Source: Methanobrevibacter sp.
GTDB lineage: Archaea; Methanobacteriota; Methanobacteria; Methanobacteriales; Methanobacteriaceae
Direction of reading: 5' to 3'
Length of the DNA stretch: 64,000 nt
NCBI RefSeq assembly: GCF_030539555.1
Contig: NZ_JAUNXX010000005.1
Location: 283 to 64,282, forward strand
The stretch's first letter is position 1. Every line of letters begins with the position of its first letter. The position numbers and the translations under genes were made by a program. Below are positions 12,101 to 20,600 of the stretch, in pieces. The notes under the pieces were generated by a model that was given only the letters and a program-made list of their open reading frames with translations, was not told where the DNA came from and did not search any database.

Positions 12101-14194
12101 ATTTTCTATAATGACTCCTGTACCGTTAATGTAGGCAAGTCCTCCCTGAGAAGAGGTACATCTGTCGAAGTAACATTCTGAAATTTCTGCATCGTCACCC
12201 TGAATGTTTATTGATCCTCCCTGACCTATGCCCATGTTTACCCTGTTCATGGTAAAGTTGGATTTTTGGATTGTTGCATTTGACCCTGAGACATACATTG
12301 CACCGCCATGAAGGGCATTAGCTGCACATTTATCAAATAAAGATTGTGAAACATTAACATTATCACCTGCAACATATAGGGCACCACCTGAAAATGTAGC
12401 ATTTGATAGTGAAAAGTTGGATTTTGATAGACTGACATTGGTACCTGAAATGTAAATTGAACCTCCGCTGCCGCCACGTGCTAAGTTAAGCATGCAATTT
12501 ATGGAAGTTGCATTACCTCCGTTACCTACCCACATCAATGCCCCTCCATCATGGCCTGCAGCATTGTTAATCATGCGAGAATTGCTTAAAACACCATAAT
12601 CTCCTGCAACATAACCTGCACCACCATCATGACCGGCATAGTTGTTTGTCATAGTAACATTGTTTACAACACCGTAATTTCCCCTGACATAACCTGCACC
12701 ACCATCATGACCGGCACTACAATTGATGATTGATGAATGCCTTACACCAACATAATTAATGAATACAGCCAGTAGTTCTGGAGAGACACTACTTATATCA
12801 CTATTACTTGCAGATAGATATATAGCACCACCATCATTACTAGCACTTTCCTTAAAGAAGTTACAATTAGCAATAGCTGCACCAACATCTAAGTATATTC
12901 CAGCACCATCATATGCTTCATCATATGTGAAAGTAGAATTACGTATAATACTAAATATACCACCACAGTATAAAGCACCACCATATTGACCTGCAGTGTT
13001 ATGATTAAAAGTAGACATATTTACAATACTTATACCACTAAATGCAGAAACAGCATCACTAGGATGTAAGTATATACCACCACCATTACCCTCGGTAGCA
13101 GTATTGTTTATTATAGTAACACTTTGAATAGTACCATTTAAACCTATCCACATTACCGCACCACCATCATTAGCAGCAGTATTATTTATAAATCTTGAAC
13201 CTATAAGTTTACCATTACTACCTGAAACATAACCTGCACCACCACTACCTCCAGCAGTATTATATGCAAAAGTTACATTTCTTACAGTACCCTTATTGGC
13301 ATTAATGTAACCTGCACCACCATTACGTCCAGCACTACAATCCACCATCACTGAATTGAAAACACCAAGTTTTTCCAATATGGAATCGTCTATTGTAGAA
13401 TCTTCACCAACTACACTATTCAGGTATATTGCTCCACCATCATTTGCGGCATGGCCATGTTCAAACAGACATCTGTCAACATATGCACCTACATCCAGGA
13501 ACAATGATCCTCCGTTATTGGTTGCATTGTTATAGTAAAAGTTGGATGAAACTACGCTGGTCAGGGTGCCGCTTGCAGATATTGCCCCGCCAGTTGCTGC
13601 AACATTGTTTGTAAAGGTTGAATTGACGATTTTTGAATTTAAGGATATTGAACCGGCAGAGTAAATATATATTGCTCCACCGCTAACTGAAGCAGAATTG
13701 TTAGTAAAATTGGAATTGTAAATCTCAACGTTCTCATAGGATGAAAAACGAATCGCTCCACCACTACTCCCATGCCCATTAACGAAATTAATGTTTTTCA
13801 GTATGACATGAGAGTCGCCAGTAATGCGGAATATGGATGATTCGCCTGCACCGTCTAAAGTATAGCCTTGCCCATCAATTGTAATGTCCCTATTGATGCG
13901 AATTCCATCAGTTCCAACACTATCGGATTGTGAATAAGTATAATTGTGATTCAAAAGGATAGTTCCTCCTGCGCTGACACTACCATTTTGAATAACATCA
14001 TTCAATTCATCAAATGATTTTGGAGTTTCTCCCAATATGTTTTCATCAACGTTTGTTGCTTGTGATACTGCTGAATTATCAGTATTTGAGGTCATAGTTG
14101 CATTATCCGCATTTTCGCTTGCGCAAACAAGAGATATTGCAGAGATGAACACAATGACCATGACCAATGCAACAAATATCTGCTTTCGATTCAT
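1..14194 (-). CDS. Giant adhesin-like surface protein, N-terminal >=4,731 aa (C-terminus lies beyond the window start). Layout: signal peptide, very long Pmp/PbH1-type beta-helix repeat region with two helical inserts, Ig-like region, then >=8 DUF11-type repeats.
   Basis: The minus-strand frame is open from the ATG (rc of 14192-14194) to the window edge. It has no stop, so it is absent from the supplied track. Hand translation gives MNRKQIFVALVMVIVFISAISLVCASENADNATMTS... then ...ITIDGQGYTLDGAGESSIFRITGDSHVILKNINFVNGHGSSGGAIRF, paralogous to the N-terminus of the 3839-aa neighbour. Sensible codons (NQGGGIYWAT, DDGGAIYWEG, EDMIDFFNDYGPL, ITVTNKGPSNAT) are all in this frame at 4288, 8947, 6175 and 145. 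All listed minus-strand ORFs inside the region are in a different frame. Confidence 0.85.
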   Translation of the reverse strand, partial: MNRKQIFVALVMVIVFISAISLVCASENADNATMTSNTDNSAVSQATNVDENILGETPKSFDELNDVIQNGSVSAGGTILLNHNYTYSQSDSVGTDGIRINRDITIDGQGYTLDGAGESSIFRITGDSHVILKNINFVNGHGSSGGAIRFSSYENVEIYNSNFTNNSASVSGGAIYIYSAGSISLNSKIVNSTFTNNVAATGGAISASGTLTSVVSSNFYYNNATNNGGSLFLDVGAYVDRCLFEHGHAANDGGAIYLNSVVGEDSTIDDSILEKLGVFNSVMVDCSAGRNGGAGYINANKGTVRNVTFAYNTAGGSGGAGYVSGSNGKLIGSRFINNTAANDGGAVMWIGLNGTIQSVTIINNTATEGNGGGIYLHPSDAVSAFSGISIVNMSTFNHNTAGQYGGALYCGGIFSIIRNSTFTYDEAYDGAGIYLDVGAAIANCNFFKESASNDGGAIYLSASNSDISSVSPELLAVFINYVGVRHSSIINCSAGHDGGAGYVRGNYGVVNNVTMTNNYAGHDGGAGYVAGDYGVLSNSRMINNAAGHDGGALMWVGNGGNATSINCMLNLARGGSGGSIYISGTNVSLSKSNFSLSNATFSGGALYVAGDNVNVSQSLFDKCAANALHGGAMYVSGSNATIQKSNFTMNRVNMGIGQGGSINIQGDDAEISECYFDRCTSSQGGLAYINGTGVIIENTVGNRSFAVNGGAFYINGDNVTIRNSNVSLTNATTSGGALYVEGDFANITNVDFSQCIAYTGSGGAIYINGLNTTISESDFVQNIVPGQTARGGSIYVQGNGTKILNSDFDKCTAFEGGVIYVNGSYVTIDGYSCNRSFAKNNGGAIYVMGDNVTVSNFNMSNTNATNYGGALYIAGNFANVSNSNFTRCIADNYHGGAMYIAGLNTTISNSNFAQNKVNTDSGRGGSIDVQGDGAKILNCTFDRCTAFEGGVIYVNGSNVIIDGYSCNRSLATNNGGAIYVAGDYVTISDFDISHTNATNYGGALYVTGNHVNITNSNFSRCIAYEGHGGCIFVSGLDAMIANSSFTQNRVAGEKARGGSIDIQGNGTKIVNCNFTMCSAYEGGVVYVNGSNVQINNSIASKTSALNDGGAIYIAGNNVTINNFTSSLSNATTNGGAIYVEGNDTQILNSDFRNTTSLLGAGIYVSGDGIILDNSTFKYNNAIGPYFGGLGGAGGAVYIEGDNGTISNSDFEYSHTYNYGASIYVAGDNTNITGNTFDKCSVDRFNGGAIFVKGLNTTISDSNFTQNIVNVSNFARGGSIDVEGDYTKILNCNFDKCTAYEGGVIYVTGEYLTIDNSNFTKSNAINDGGAIYIAGNDATVSNSNFTLNNATNYGGSIYVAGNNANITGDTFENCTANMYNGGAIYIRGVNTTIEKSNFTRNRVNPANWAHGGAIDVEGDNTTISDSVFDQCMAWDGGVIYVSGDNAVIDNATITHSSAKENGGAIYVAGDYVTVSNSDISMNNATSFGGAIYVAGDNTNITGNNFTMCIVEYYHGGAIFVLGVNTTIDSSNFLMCNASGSESRGGAIDVHGEGTNITNSHFDKCHANDLGGTIYVDGANVLIDCSTFNRSSANNGGSIYILGHYATISNSNVSYSNATVSGGGIYVEGYFSNITNADFNYCFAITGKGGAIYVAGNNATITDSDFNITRSLNGNGGALYITGNHTDVFISSFDRCGAINGGVIYVEGYDTDISGDFTNSNSIKDGGTLYIVGEECDVFNSTFINNIAGDDGGAIYWEGSNGAVYNITCVNNKGISSGTSASKGGTICLTGDNASISKASFEDSFSKYNGGTIFITGNNVNITDTEFKDSYVDSSAEITSKDAPYGGALYVLGNNTNVLNCTFDNCTAMHGGVMYVEGNNANINATFKNSNCTKDGGALYVLGLNCTVFDSTFVNNTAGDDGGAIYWEGDGGSIDNISCENNKGISAGTSSSKGGTICLTGDDASISNATFTDSFSNYNGGTIFVTGNNANITDSSFKNSQVNSSAPITSKDEPYGGALCIIGNNTDVLNCTFDNCTALQGGVMYISGHNTTVDESSMKNSLSIKEGGAVYVAGDNATISADFENCNASTDSSSYVGHGGAIYISGDFTNITDSSFEGCYAKNGGDGGAIYIGGLDANVEKSSFNKTGTVSGYGGAIYIDGDQATISDSEINDSFVGRVPGWELNDEGTIVGFTSSLARDGGAIYVKSEGAKIDNVTIMNSNATRNGGAIYVEGSGANISATIINCTSGLPASEVSTNPDDYMSHIDVISECLDAIDTFIDNYGSVSVDKSNELLTYLNNAKGKVSNIFTKVNNVFSLNQANFNYVNNTVALLNSTLQSYKNTGFYNDVMPYIEAIVADLNNISENENYDAFNKVLKNNITNNFNKIINYVTYYKELLTFLDNLQDNVEILKTETDYDVVKLLLTDSKSINDKLKSRATSLRNFNDDFAEIVSYANVIGSEITSTTTIVNGAYDSGIKGDGGAIYVHGVNTNISDSSFENCSSLNGGNGGAIYIGGVNATVNSSDFENCHAEDGGNGGAIYIGGVNATIDQSSFHKTGTVEGYGGAIYVDGNNAVVSHSTFNESFVGRYADLEKGIYSIGRDGGAIYIRSEDAVIEDVTIMFSNATRHGGAIYVQGNDANISANITNCTAGASAVSTSSDPSAYLSHVQVISDNVEDMIDFFNDYGPLSLSELNTLYNSFENIRSNNQKIFVNGAFNQANYDNIVNKVNDINKTLKNYKSYDFYNVLYPYLEAIVSDLNNISENKNYTQFNSVLKTRITNNAISARNFINYYKTITTDWLPSLQNNVATLQTETDYNVIYSTLTSSSNIVSNGNFKDRLNKLIDYDAKFIEISNNLEVVRTELSTTTSIVNSFNDNGISGCGGGIYIAGDNTYLHDSEINNCYANLTAGAVYLGKNTTVIDSSFANNTATYGGAMYNAGNGSRVFTSSFINNTATWGDSMFHGGGAIYWIGGSDDDVIDRCYFENNTAPAKGAGINGALGGAIFWNKGNQFGKGLINNSVFYNNFARRHGGAIDWFQSDGGIINNCTFEENYVGTADGGAVYCGDSNGGGKNFIISNSTFTNNKAVQFGGGISSQMTGAKIINCTFEGNNASYGASIGIKDTYGKNAQIINCTILDSYADGNKGGTGGAAIYIRVDNVTVINTTIINSTAHNTAGVYHEGGAIYWSGSNGKLNNVTIINASGSNGGAIFWSGTNGFVDGVHIYNSTATLDGGAIYWTGTNGKLYNSTLVNNTAKNGGGLYWSGSNPTAYNNTYILNNASQNGGGIYWAVAADITNATLKNNTANQGGGIYWATTGNSVIDSVLIYNKAFRGSGIFTLNNMDIINSTLLENRANSDTLTLMVTRGDADQTLEAFVTFTGNDNIINAIWNGGANSVVGFTNVTYLGVNGTVSNTGSTRRTPTKLDSGVQPSDNETLYQTNYEDHQNITYYIYDNQNNLLYVGSTLTNISGVAHFTYQNTASTDKLHVWAYHPDDNYYTYLEESDSKKLVYIEIPTTDIYYLENETFIINVVPVKTGEVTPTGNISVWFENELIYENIKLVDGKSFQINITGLKVGTYTVNVTYTGDDEYLPRVNSTTFKVMKIPSFIIPTVENYTYGEQGKVIVHIPVNEPNNVTLNINGQDYEVKINESGYGELLIPKLGHGNYTVYAYYPETHNYYESRNSTVFEIYPLYSVVINKTSNISQNVTVGGLVNFTIELYNNGSVNGTNLNVTDKLSKYFQYVSSGSNSTYVGVNSTSDGTEMVTWNIGTLQKDERLKLWLVVRVLMNGTYENVAVVNSTQGLNTSNTVTVNVTPVVDISITKKINVTGKFVNVTDLVMFTITVTNNGPSNATHVVVNDTLIKILKIIEDGITVTNGTYNQETGLWTIDKLNNGTSETLTIIARVVGVGVISNVANVTSAENDTNKSNNNASSENVTALPIVDLNITKTVNVTVANVTDLVNFTITVTNNGPWNATGVYVIDILDDCLKFLFANATKGSYNDELKTWEIGNLGVGKNATLNITVRVTQKGTIPNTAIVRSIENDTNKSNNIAKCEFKALPIVDISINKTVNVTVVNVSDKILYTITVHNNGPCDAHGVYVWEAIDTTYLNVTYVHPTIGRYIGDTWIIDDLLNGSTHTLTIIAKVKTNGTISNFVNVTSVENDTNISNNNYTCKNVTAYPIVDLTINKTVTVAVANVSDEFMYRITVHNNGPSLATGVNVTEKLSPYLELVDSNTWINDYNETGGYWYIGDLEYNATVWLDLYVKVIGNGTISNVVSVTSNENDTNISNNNYTCKNVTAYPVVDLIIKKNVTAASVNVTDKITFTIVVTNNGPSNATKVNVTEVLDSRFRLLENHTTRGNFTGKYWYIGDLANKTNATLTLLVEVKSDGYIENRVEVTSFENDTNPYNNHDMVAVYSSIIYDLQITKTVNVTKVNVTDKILYTITVHNNGPCDAEGVYVGEIFDYDHLRMVGNHTEDGTFDGTWVIGKLANQSTAVLTIEALVINNGTIPNVAIVYSEHDTNKSNNNASSENVTALPIVDLTINKTVTVTKVNVSDEFMYRITVHNNGPSLATGVNVTEILSPYLELLDSNTWINDYNETGGYWYIGDLEYNATVWLDLYVKVIGNGTISNVVSVTSNVNDTNKSNNNYTCDNVTAYPIVDLIINKTVNVTKVNVTDLIEFTITVTNKGPSNATHVNITERLSGLLEIVEGGITVSNGTYSPKDGLWTIDLLANGT
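5585..6245 (-). other. Non-beta-helix insert module (about 200 aa, predicted helical, N/K/Y-rich) inside the Pmp-repeat region, copy 2.
   Basis: Hand translation: EDMIDFFNDYGPLSLSELNTLYNSFENIRSNNQKIFVNGAFNQANYDNIVNKVNDINKTLKNYKSYDFYNVLYPYLEAIVSDLNNISENKNYTQFNSVLKTRITNNAISARNF... It lacks any GGxIY repeat and is flanked on both sides by GGAIY-type coils. Confidence 0.7.
6790..7450 (-). other. Non-beta-helix insert module, copy 1 (diverged paralogue of 5585-6245).
   Basis: Same length and position logic as copy 2. A homologous core ...VNNTVALLNSTLQSYKNTGFYNDVMPYIEAIVADLNNISENE... aligns with ...VNKVNDINKTLKNYKSYDFYNVLYPYLEAIVSDLNNISENK.... Confidence 0.7.
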
Positions 14195-14278
14195 AATTTT
14201 CAACCACTATTTTTTCTATTCGATACGACAGAAGTCGTTAATCGACGCTTATACTGCTATTAATTTAAGTTTAAAGAT

Positions 14279-14292
14279 GTATATATGTTTTT
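14279..14292 (-). promoter_or_regulatory. TATA-like element upstream of the giant ALP gene, shared with the neighbouring ALP.
   Basis: + strand GTATATATGTTTTT (minus strand AAAAACATATATAC) lies 85 nt upstream of the ATG. A near-identical GTATATATGTTTTC is found at 26217-26230 upstream of the second ALP. Confidence 0.35.
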
Positions 14293-14645
14293 CTTTGATA
14301 AAATAGGAGTAAAAACTTAAAATTTGTATAGAAAATCATTATATTTATATAAAATCGTTTAAAATTAATAACCTCTTAGAAAAATATAGTCCAAGATAAA
14401 TTGTACTTTGCTAAAAAAATTTTAAAAACACAAGTGAAAAATAAACAAAAGTTGCAATATTGCGCTAAATTTAGACATCATCCAAAACAGGATTAGTTGA
14501 ATTAGAAAATCATAAAAATTAAAGTAAAAAAATAAACATTATTCATTGTCAAATAGAAAATACAAAACATACGAAGATAAAAAATTGAAAAGACTATCCA
14601 ATGAACATTGAAATTTTTAATTAACTGAAAAAAATAAAAAGAAGA

Positions 14646-17600
14646 TTATTTTTTAAATCTTCTTAATGGAATTGATCCGATTGCCATGCATATCACCAGC
14701 AGCATCCATACAGGATTACCTGTTGGGTAATCAGATAACAATATGCTTCCAGGACGTTTGTTAATCACCTTAGGAGTATCATTTTTATTGTCATCTGTCG
14801 GATTTACTTTAATGCTGCCCGCATTATCTGCTGGCAAGTACTTGTCATCACCGGAATAGAATGCTTTAATATCATGTACCCCAACTTTCAATCCAGGAAC
14901 AACGAATATTGCAACACCATCATTTATAGGTTGAGTGTATCTTCTGCCGGCAACTTCAATTGTTATTTCACCAGTTGCATCTTCTGGAACACTTACTTTG
15001 ATTATTCCATCTTCACCAACGGTTATTTCAGGTGCATCTATATCCACAGGAGGTTTCAATTTTAAAACTTTAAATGTAGTTGAGTTTTCAGATGGACGGT
15101 ACAATACATTACCGTTATAGACAACTTCCACATATTTGGTTCCTGCCTTAAGACCTGATACAACCAATGTTGCTTTTCCGTCAACCACTTTAAGGTTGTA
15201 GGTTTTTCCTTCAAGAGTTACAGTTACATTTCCTGTCGCTCCTTTTGGTCCGACAGTAATATGAATTACAGCCTTTTGACCGACATAGATGTCTTTAGCG
15301 GTTACAACAACAGTACTTGGTTTATCCCTCACATGGAACAGGTCAGTTGTATTTACGCTGGTGTAGTTTTCGTTTCCAGGATATAATGCAAATGCAGGAT
15401 ATGGACCTACAGGCAATCCCCAGATATTCCAGGTTGCATTTCCTTTATAGCTGATTTTAGTGTTTGCAGCCAGGAGCCCTGTAGTTACAACACCATTTTC
15501 AAGAGGTATTTCAACAGTCCTGCCGTTGACTGTAACGAATACTGTTCCCGGTGCATTGACTGTTACATTCAGCACTTCAACTTCGCCTACCCAGATGTCT
15601 TCAACTTCAATTGTGATTATCGGAGTTACCGGAGCAACATTGAATATTCCTGAAGTTGAATTCGGAAGGTATTTCTCATCCCCACCATATGTGACGTCAA
15701 CTGTGTAATCTCCTCCGCCCAGGTCATATACAGGCAGTTCCACTATGCCGTTATTGATAGGGACATCAGGATAGTTTCTATTTCCGACTGTAACGTTTAC
15801 AGTTCCTGTCGCATTTGTAGGCAATGTGATTATAAGAATTTCATCATCACCATAAGTTATGTTGTAAGTGTAAAGATCAATTGGAGTGTTGATTTTTCCA
15901 ATAGTTACGTTTTCACATGTGTAATTATTGTTGGTTAAATTGGTGTCGTTTTCTTTTGATGTTACAACAACAGTATTTTCGATTGTTTCAGATTTGACAA
16001 TCTTAACTATCAGAGTTAATGTTTGAGTTGAACCGTTAGATAGTTTTCCTATATGCCAAATGTTTTCAATTGCATCATAACTTCCTTGAGTTGCATTAGC
16101 TTTAACGAAGCTTACATAATTTGATAGTTTTTCAGTAACATTTACATCTGTTGCATCGCTTGGTCCATAATTATGCACTGTAATTGTGTAGCATATATTG
16201 TCTCCAAGATTTGCATGAGTGACATTCACAGTCTTATTGACGCAGACATCAACAATCGGAAGTGCCTCAATCTCAGGAATACTGTCATTGTTATTTGACT
16301 TGTTAGTGTCATTTTCATTTGGTACAACAACAACCACATTGGTTATTGTACCATTAGAGACCACCTTAGCAACAATAGTCAAAGTAACAGTAGACTGATT
16401 AGCCAAATCACCAATATACCAAACAGAACCATCATATCCGCCAACACTAGTGCTATTTGAAACCAATTTAAGATTAGAGTTCAAAGTCTCATTAACATAT
16501 ACACCAGTAGCATCACAAGGACCATCATTATGAACAGTAATAGTGAATTCAATCTCATCCAAGACATTTACAGGACCAGTGACATTTACAGTTTTAACAA
16601 CACTAACATCAACAATCGGAAGCGCTTCGATTTCAGGAATACTGTCATTGTTATTTGAATTGTTAGTGTCATTTTCATTTGATACAACAACAACCACATT
16701 GGTTATTGTACCATTAGAGACCACCTTAGCAACAATAGTCAAAGTAACAGTAGACTGATTAGCCAAATCACCAATATACCAAACAGAACCATCATATCCG
16801 CCAACACTAGTGCTATTTGAAACCAATTTAAGATTAGAGTTCAAAGTCTCATTAACATATACACCAGTAGCATCACAAGGACCATCATTATGAACAGTAA
16901 TAGTGAATTCAATCTCATCAGAGACATAAACCGGACTTGTAACGTTAACTGTTTTCACTATGCTCACATCAACAACAGGTAAAGCTGAAATAGATACATC
17001 AGCCCAGTTATTGTAGATATTAGTATCGTTTTCATAACTGGTTGCATCAACCCTATTGTATACAGTTCCGCTTCCAACAACTTTGGCAACAATAGTTAAA
17101 GTTGCTGTTGATTGGTTAGTTAAATTGCCGATATACCATACTCCATCAGTGTAGTTACCATAATCTGTTAAATTGCAGATTAATTTAATGTTATTTCCTA
17201 AAATTTCAGTTACATTAACCAAGGTAGCGTCACAAGGACCGTTGTTCCTGACAGTGATTGTGTATTCTATTTTGTTATTAACGTAAACTACTCCTGAATA
17301 AGTGACATTTGAAGTTTTGTGAACTTCTAAATCAACAATAGGCAAAGCGGTGATATTAGTAATGTTATCTTTGTTATTGGACTTGTTGGTGTCATTTTCA
17401 TTTGAGCTTACCACTACAACATTAGAAATGTTTCCTGCTGAAATAACTCTAGCCTGAATGATTAATTGTGCTCCTGATTGGTTTGGTAAATAACCGACAT
17501 GCCAGATACCTTCAGTTACATTATAATAACCAGTAGAGTTCAGACATGTAATCATTTTAAGATGAGGGCTTAAAACCTCACTAACAGTCACATTGGTGGC

Positions 17601-20600
17601 ATCACAAGGTCCGTTGTTGAATACATCGATAGTGAACTGGATTATATCTGAAACGTTTACATACCTGCCTTGGACATCGACCACCTTGCTGATTTGCAAG
17701 TCAACTATCGGAAGGGCTGTGATATTGTCTATAGATGCGTTATTGTTGGATGGATCTGTATCGTTATCCCAAACATATACGACCACCGCATTAGCAATAG
17801 TGCCGTTTGAGATTACACGGGCAACAATAGTTAAATTAACAGTTTCTCCACCATCCATATATCCGATATTCCATGTGGCATCAGCATATGTGCCTTTTGT
17901 AGCATTGTATGAATCCAATTTAAGATGAGAATCAAGAATCTCACTTACATATACACCACTTGCAGGATTTGGACTCTTATTGTGGACAATTATTGTAAAT
18001 TCTATTAAGTCAGTGACATTTACATAACCTGTGGTTACATTGACCGTTTTAGAAATCTCCAAATCGACGTCTGTGGTTACATTAATAGCTGAAATATTAT
18101 CATGGTTATTTGTAATGTTTGTATCGTTTTCAATGCTGTATACGATTACTTCATTTTCGATTATACCAGAGTATTGCACTTCCGCAATAATTATCAGTAT
18201 TTCTGTGTCTCCAACATTTAAAGTGGAAATGTTTCCCCAACTGGATTTATCATAAGTACCTTTTGTTGCAGTATAATTAATTAATTTTAAAGCAGGGTCT
18301 AAAATCTCGCTTACATATACACCGGTAGCATTGCACGGTCCTGAATTGTGGATTGTAATTGTAAATTCAATCCTGTCTGTGAGATTTAGTGTTTTACTTG
18401 TTACGTTAACAGTTTTTGTAATGCTTACATCAACAATCGGCAAAGCTGTGATATTTTCAATGGAATCATTATTGTTGGACTTGTTGGTGTCGTTTTCATA
18501 AGATGTAACTGAAACAACATTGCCAATATTACCCACTGAAATGACTTGACAGTAAAGAGTTAAAACCGCAGTGGACTGATTGGCCAAATCACCGATATAC
18601 CAATAGCCTTTATCCTGAATGTAATAACCGTATCCGTTTGTTTCAACACTAGTCACGTTAAGGTGAGGAGAAATGACCTCGCTAACATTAACGTCACTTG
18701 CATCGCAAGGACCGTTATTATGAACGGTAATAGTGAATTTGATTTTATCTGTCACGTTAACAAATCCTGAAACGTTAACATCCTTAGTAATGACCAAATC
18801 AACAACAGGCAAAGCAGTAATATTCTCGATAGAATCATTATTGTTGGACTTGTTGGTGTCGTTTTCATAAGATGTGACTACAACAACATTGCCGATTGTG
18901 CCATTGGATGAAACTTCACAGACAAGAGTTAAAATTGCAGTTGACTGATTGGCCAAATCACCTATATACCAGTACCCTTGCTTTTGGAGATAATTACCGT
19001 GATTATTTGTTGTAGCACTGATCAATTTGAGATGAGGTGACAACTCTTCAGTGACATTAACGTCAGTAGCATCACAAGGACCGTTATTGTGAACTGTAAT
19101 GGTGAATTTAATCTTATCTGTCACGTTAACAAATCCTGAAACATTGACATCCTTAGTAATAACCAGATCAACAATAGGCAAAGCAGTAATATTCTCGATA
19201 GAATCATTATTGTTGGACATGTTAGTATCATTATCCTGACCTGTTATGTTAACTGCATTTGAAATGTTGCCTGCAGAGATGACTTCTGCAATAATTGTCA
19301 AGTTATGGACTATTCCTTTGTTCAAATTGCCGATAACCCATGTTGCACCATCATATTCTCCAATGGTTACATTACTATAAGTCATGTGAAGATGTGGACT
19401 TAGAATTTCACTTACATATACTCCGGTAGCATTTGCAGGACCTGCATTGTAGACTTGGATTGTGAATTTGATTTTATCAGTGACATTGACAAATCCTGTT
19501 ACATTGACTGTCTTGTTAATCTGTAAATCCACATAGGCTATTGCAAGATTAGTTATGTTATAATAATTATTAGACATGTTAGTGTCGTTTTCATAGCTTG
19601 TTACATTAACTACATTAGTGATATTGCCTGAATAGATTACTTCTGCAATGATTGTTAATGTTGCGTTAGTGCCGTTATTTAATCTAGGAATGTTCCATGT
19701 ACCGTCTGCATATGTGCCCACACTTTCATTGAATGAAATCATTCTAAGGCGATAGTCTAATACTTCACCGACAACAATACCTGTAGCGTTTGAAGGACCG
19801 TCGTTGAATACTGTGATTGTGTATTTTATAATATTGGTAACGTTTATAGTATCTGTTGTAGCGTTTATCTCCTTAACAATGCGCAAATCAACAATAGGCA
19901 ATGCTGTGAAATTGCGAGCTGAATCTATATCATTGGATGAATTTGTATCGAATCCATCACTTTCAACCCAAACGGTGTTAGTGATAGGGCCTCTATGAAT
20001 TATTTGAGCAGTTATTGTCATATTGACAGGTTTATTTACATCCAAATAGCCAATGTGCCAAACTGTACCGCTATAATCACCCACATCTGTTTCGTTTTTG
20101 ATTAATTTGAGATATGGGCTTAAAATTTCTGTTACATTTACTCCTGAAGCAGCACTAGGTCCGTTATTGACTACAGTAATTGTGTATTTGATAATTTCAG
20201 AAACGTTTACATAGTCCTCAGTAACATTGACTGTTTTTGTAATTGCCAAATCATCATATGGAATTACCCTGAATATATCGCTGTTATTAGCAGCCAGCCT
20301 AGTCAAATTACCCGGATAATTAGCTGATGCATTGTACAGGCCAATAGGCAAATTAAATGTGTAATTCTGACTGTAAGTTCCATTGATAACTTCAACTGTG
20401 AAGTTAGTATGATTGGTATCGTTGAATGTTACGGTAACATTACCGGATAAAGCGCCCCATGCACCATCGGTTAAAGTGATTATCACGCTTGTGCTGTTGC
20501 CGTAATAGAAATCATTAACCCAAATCCTGACAATACTGCTGTTGGATAATGTATCCCTTAAATAAGTGTAATACCTGTCTGATTCATGTATATATGCAAA

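Noticed and set aside
7672-12477. Minus-strand ORFs at 7672-7980, 8245-8475, 9883-10140 and 12247-12477.
   Set aside because: All are in the same alternative frame, offset by one nucleotide from the giant ORF that I verified at several points. They are Q/M/L/V-rich frame-shadow products of the repeats.
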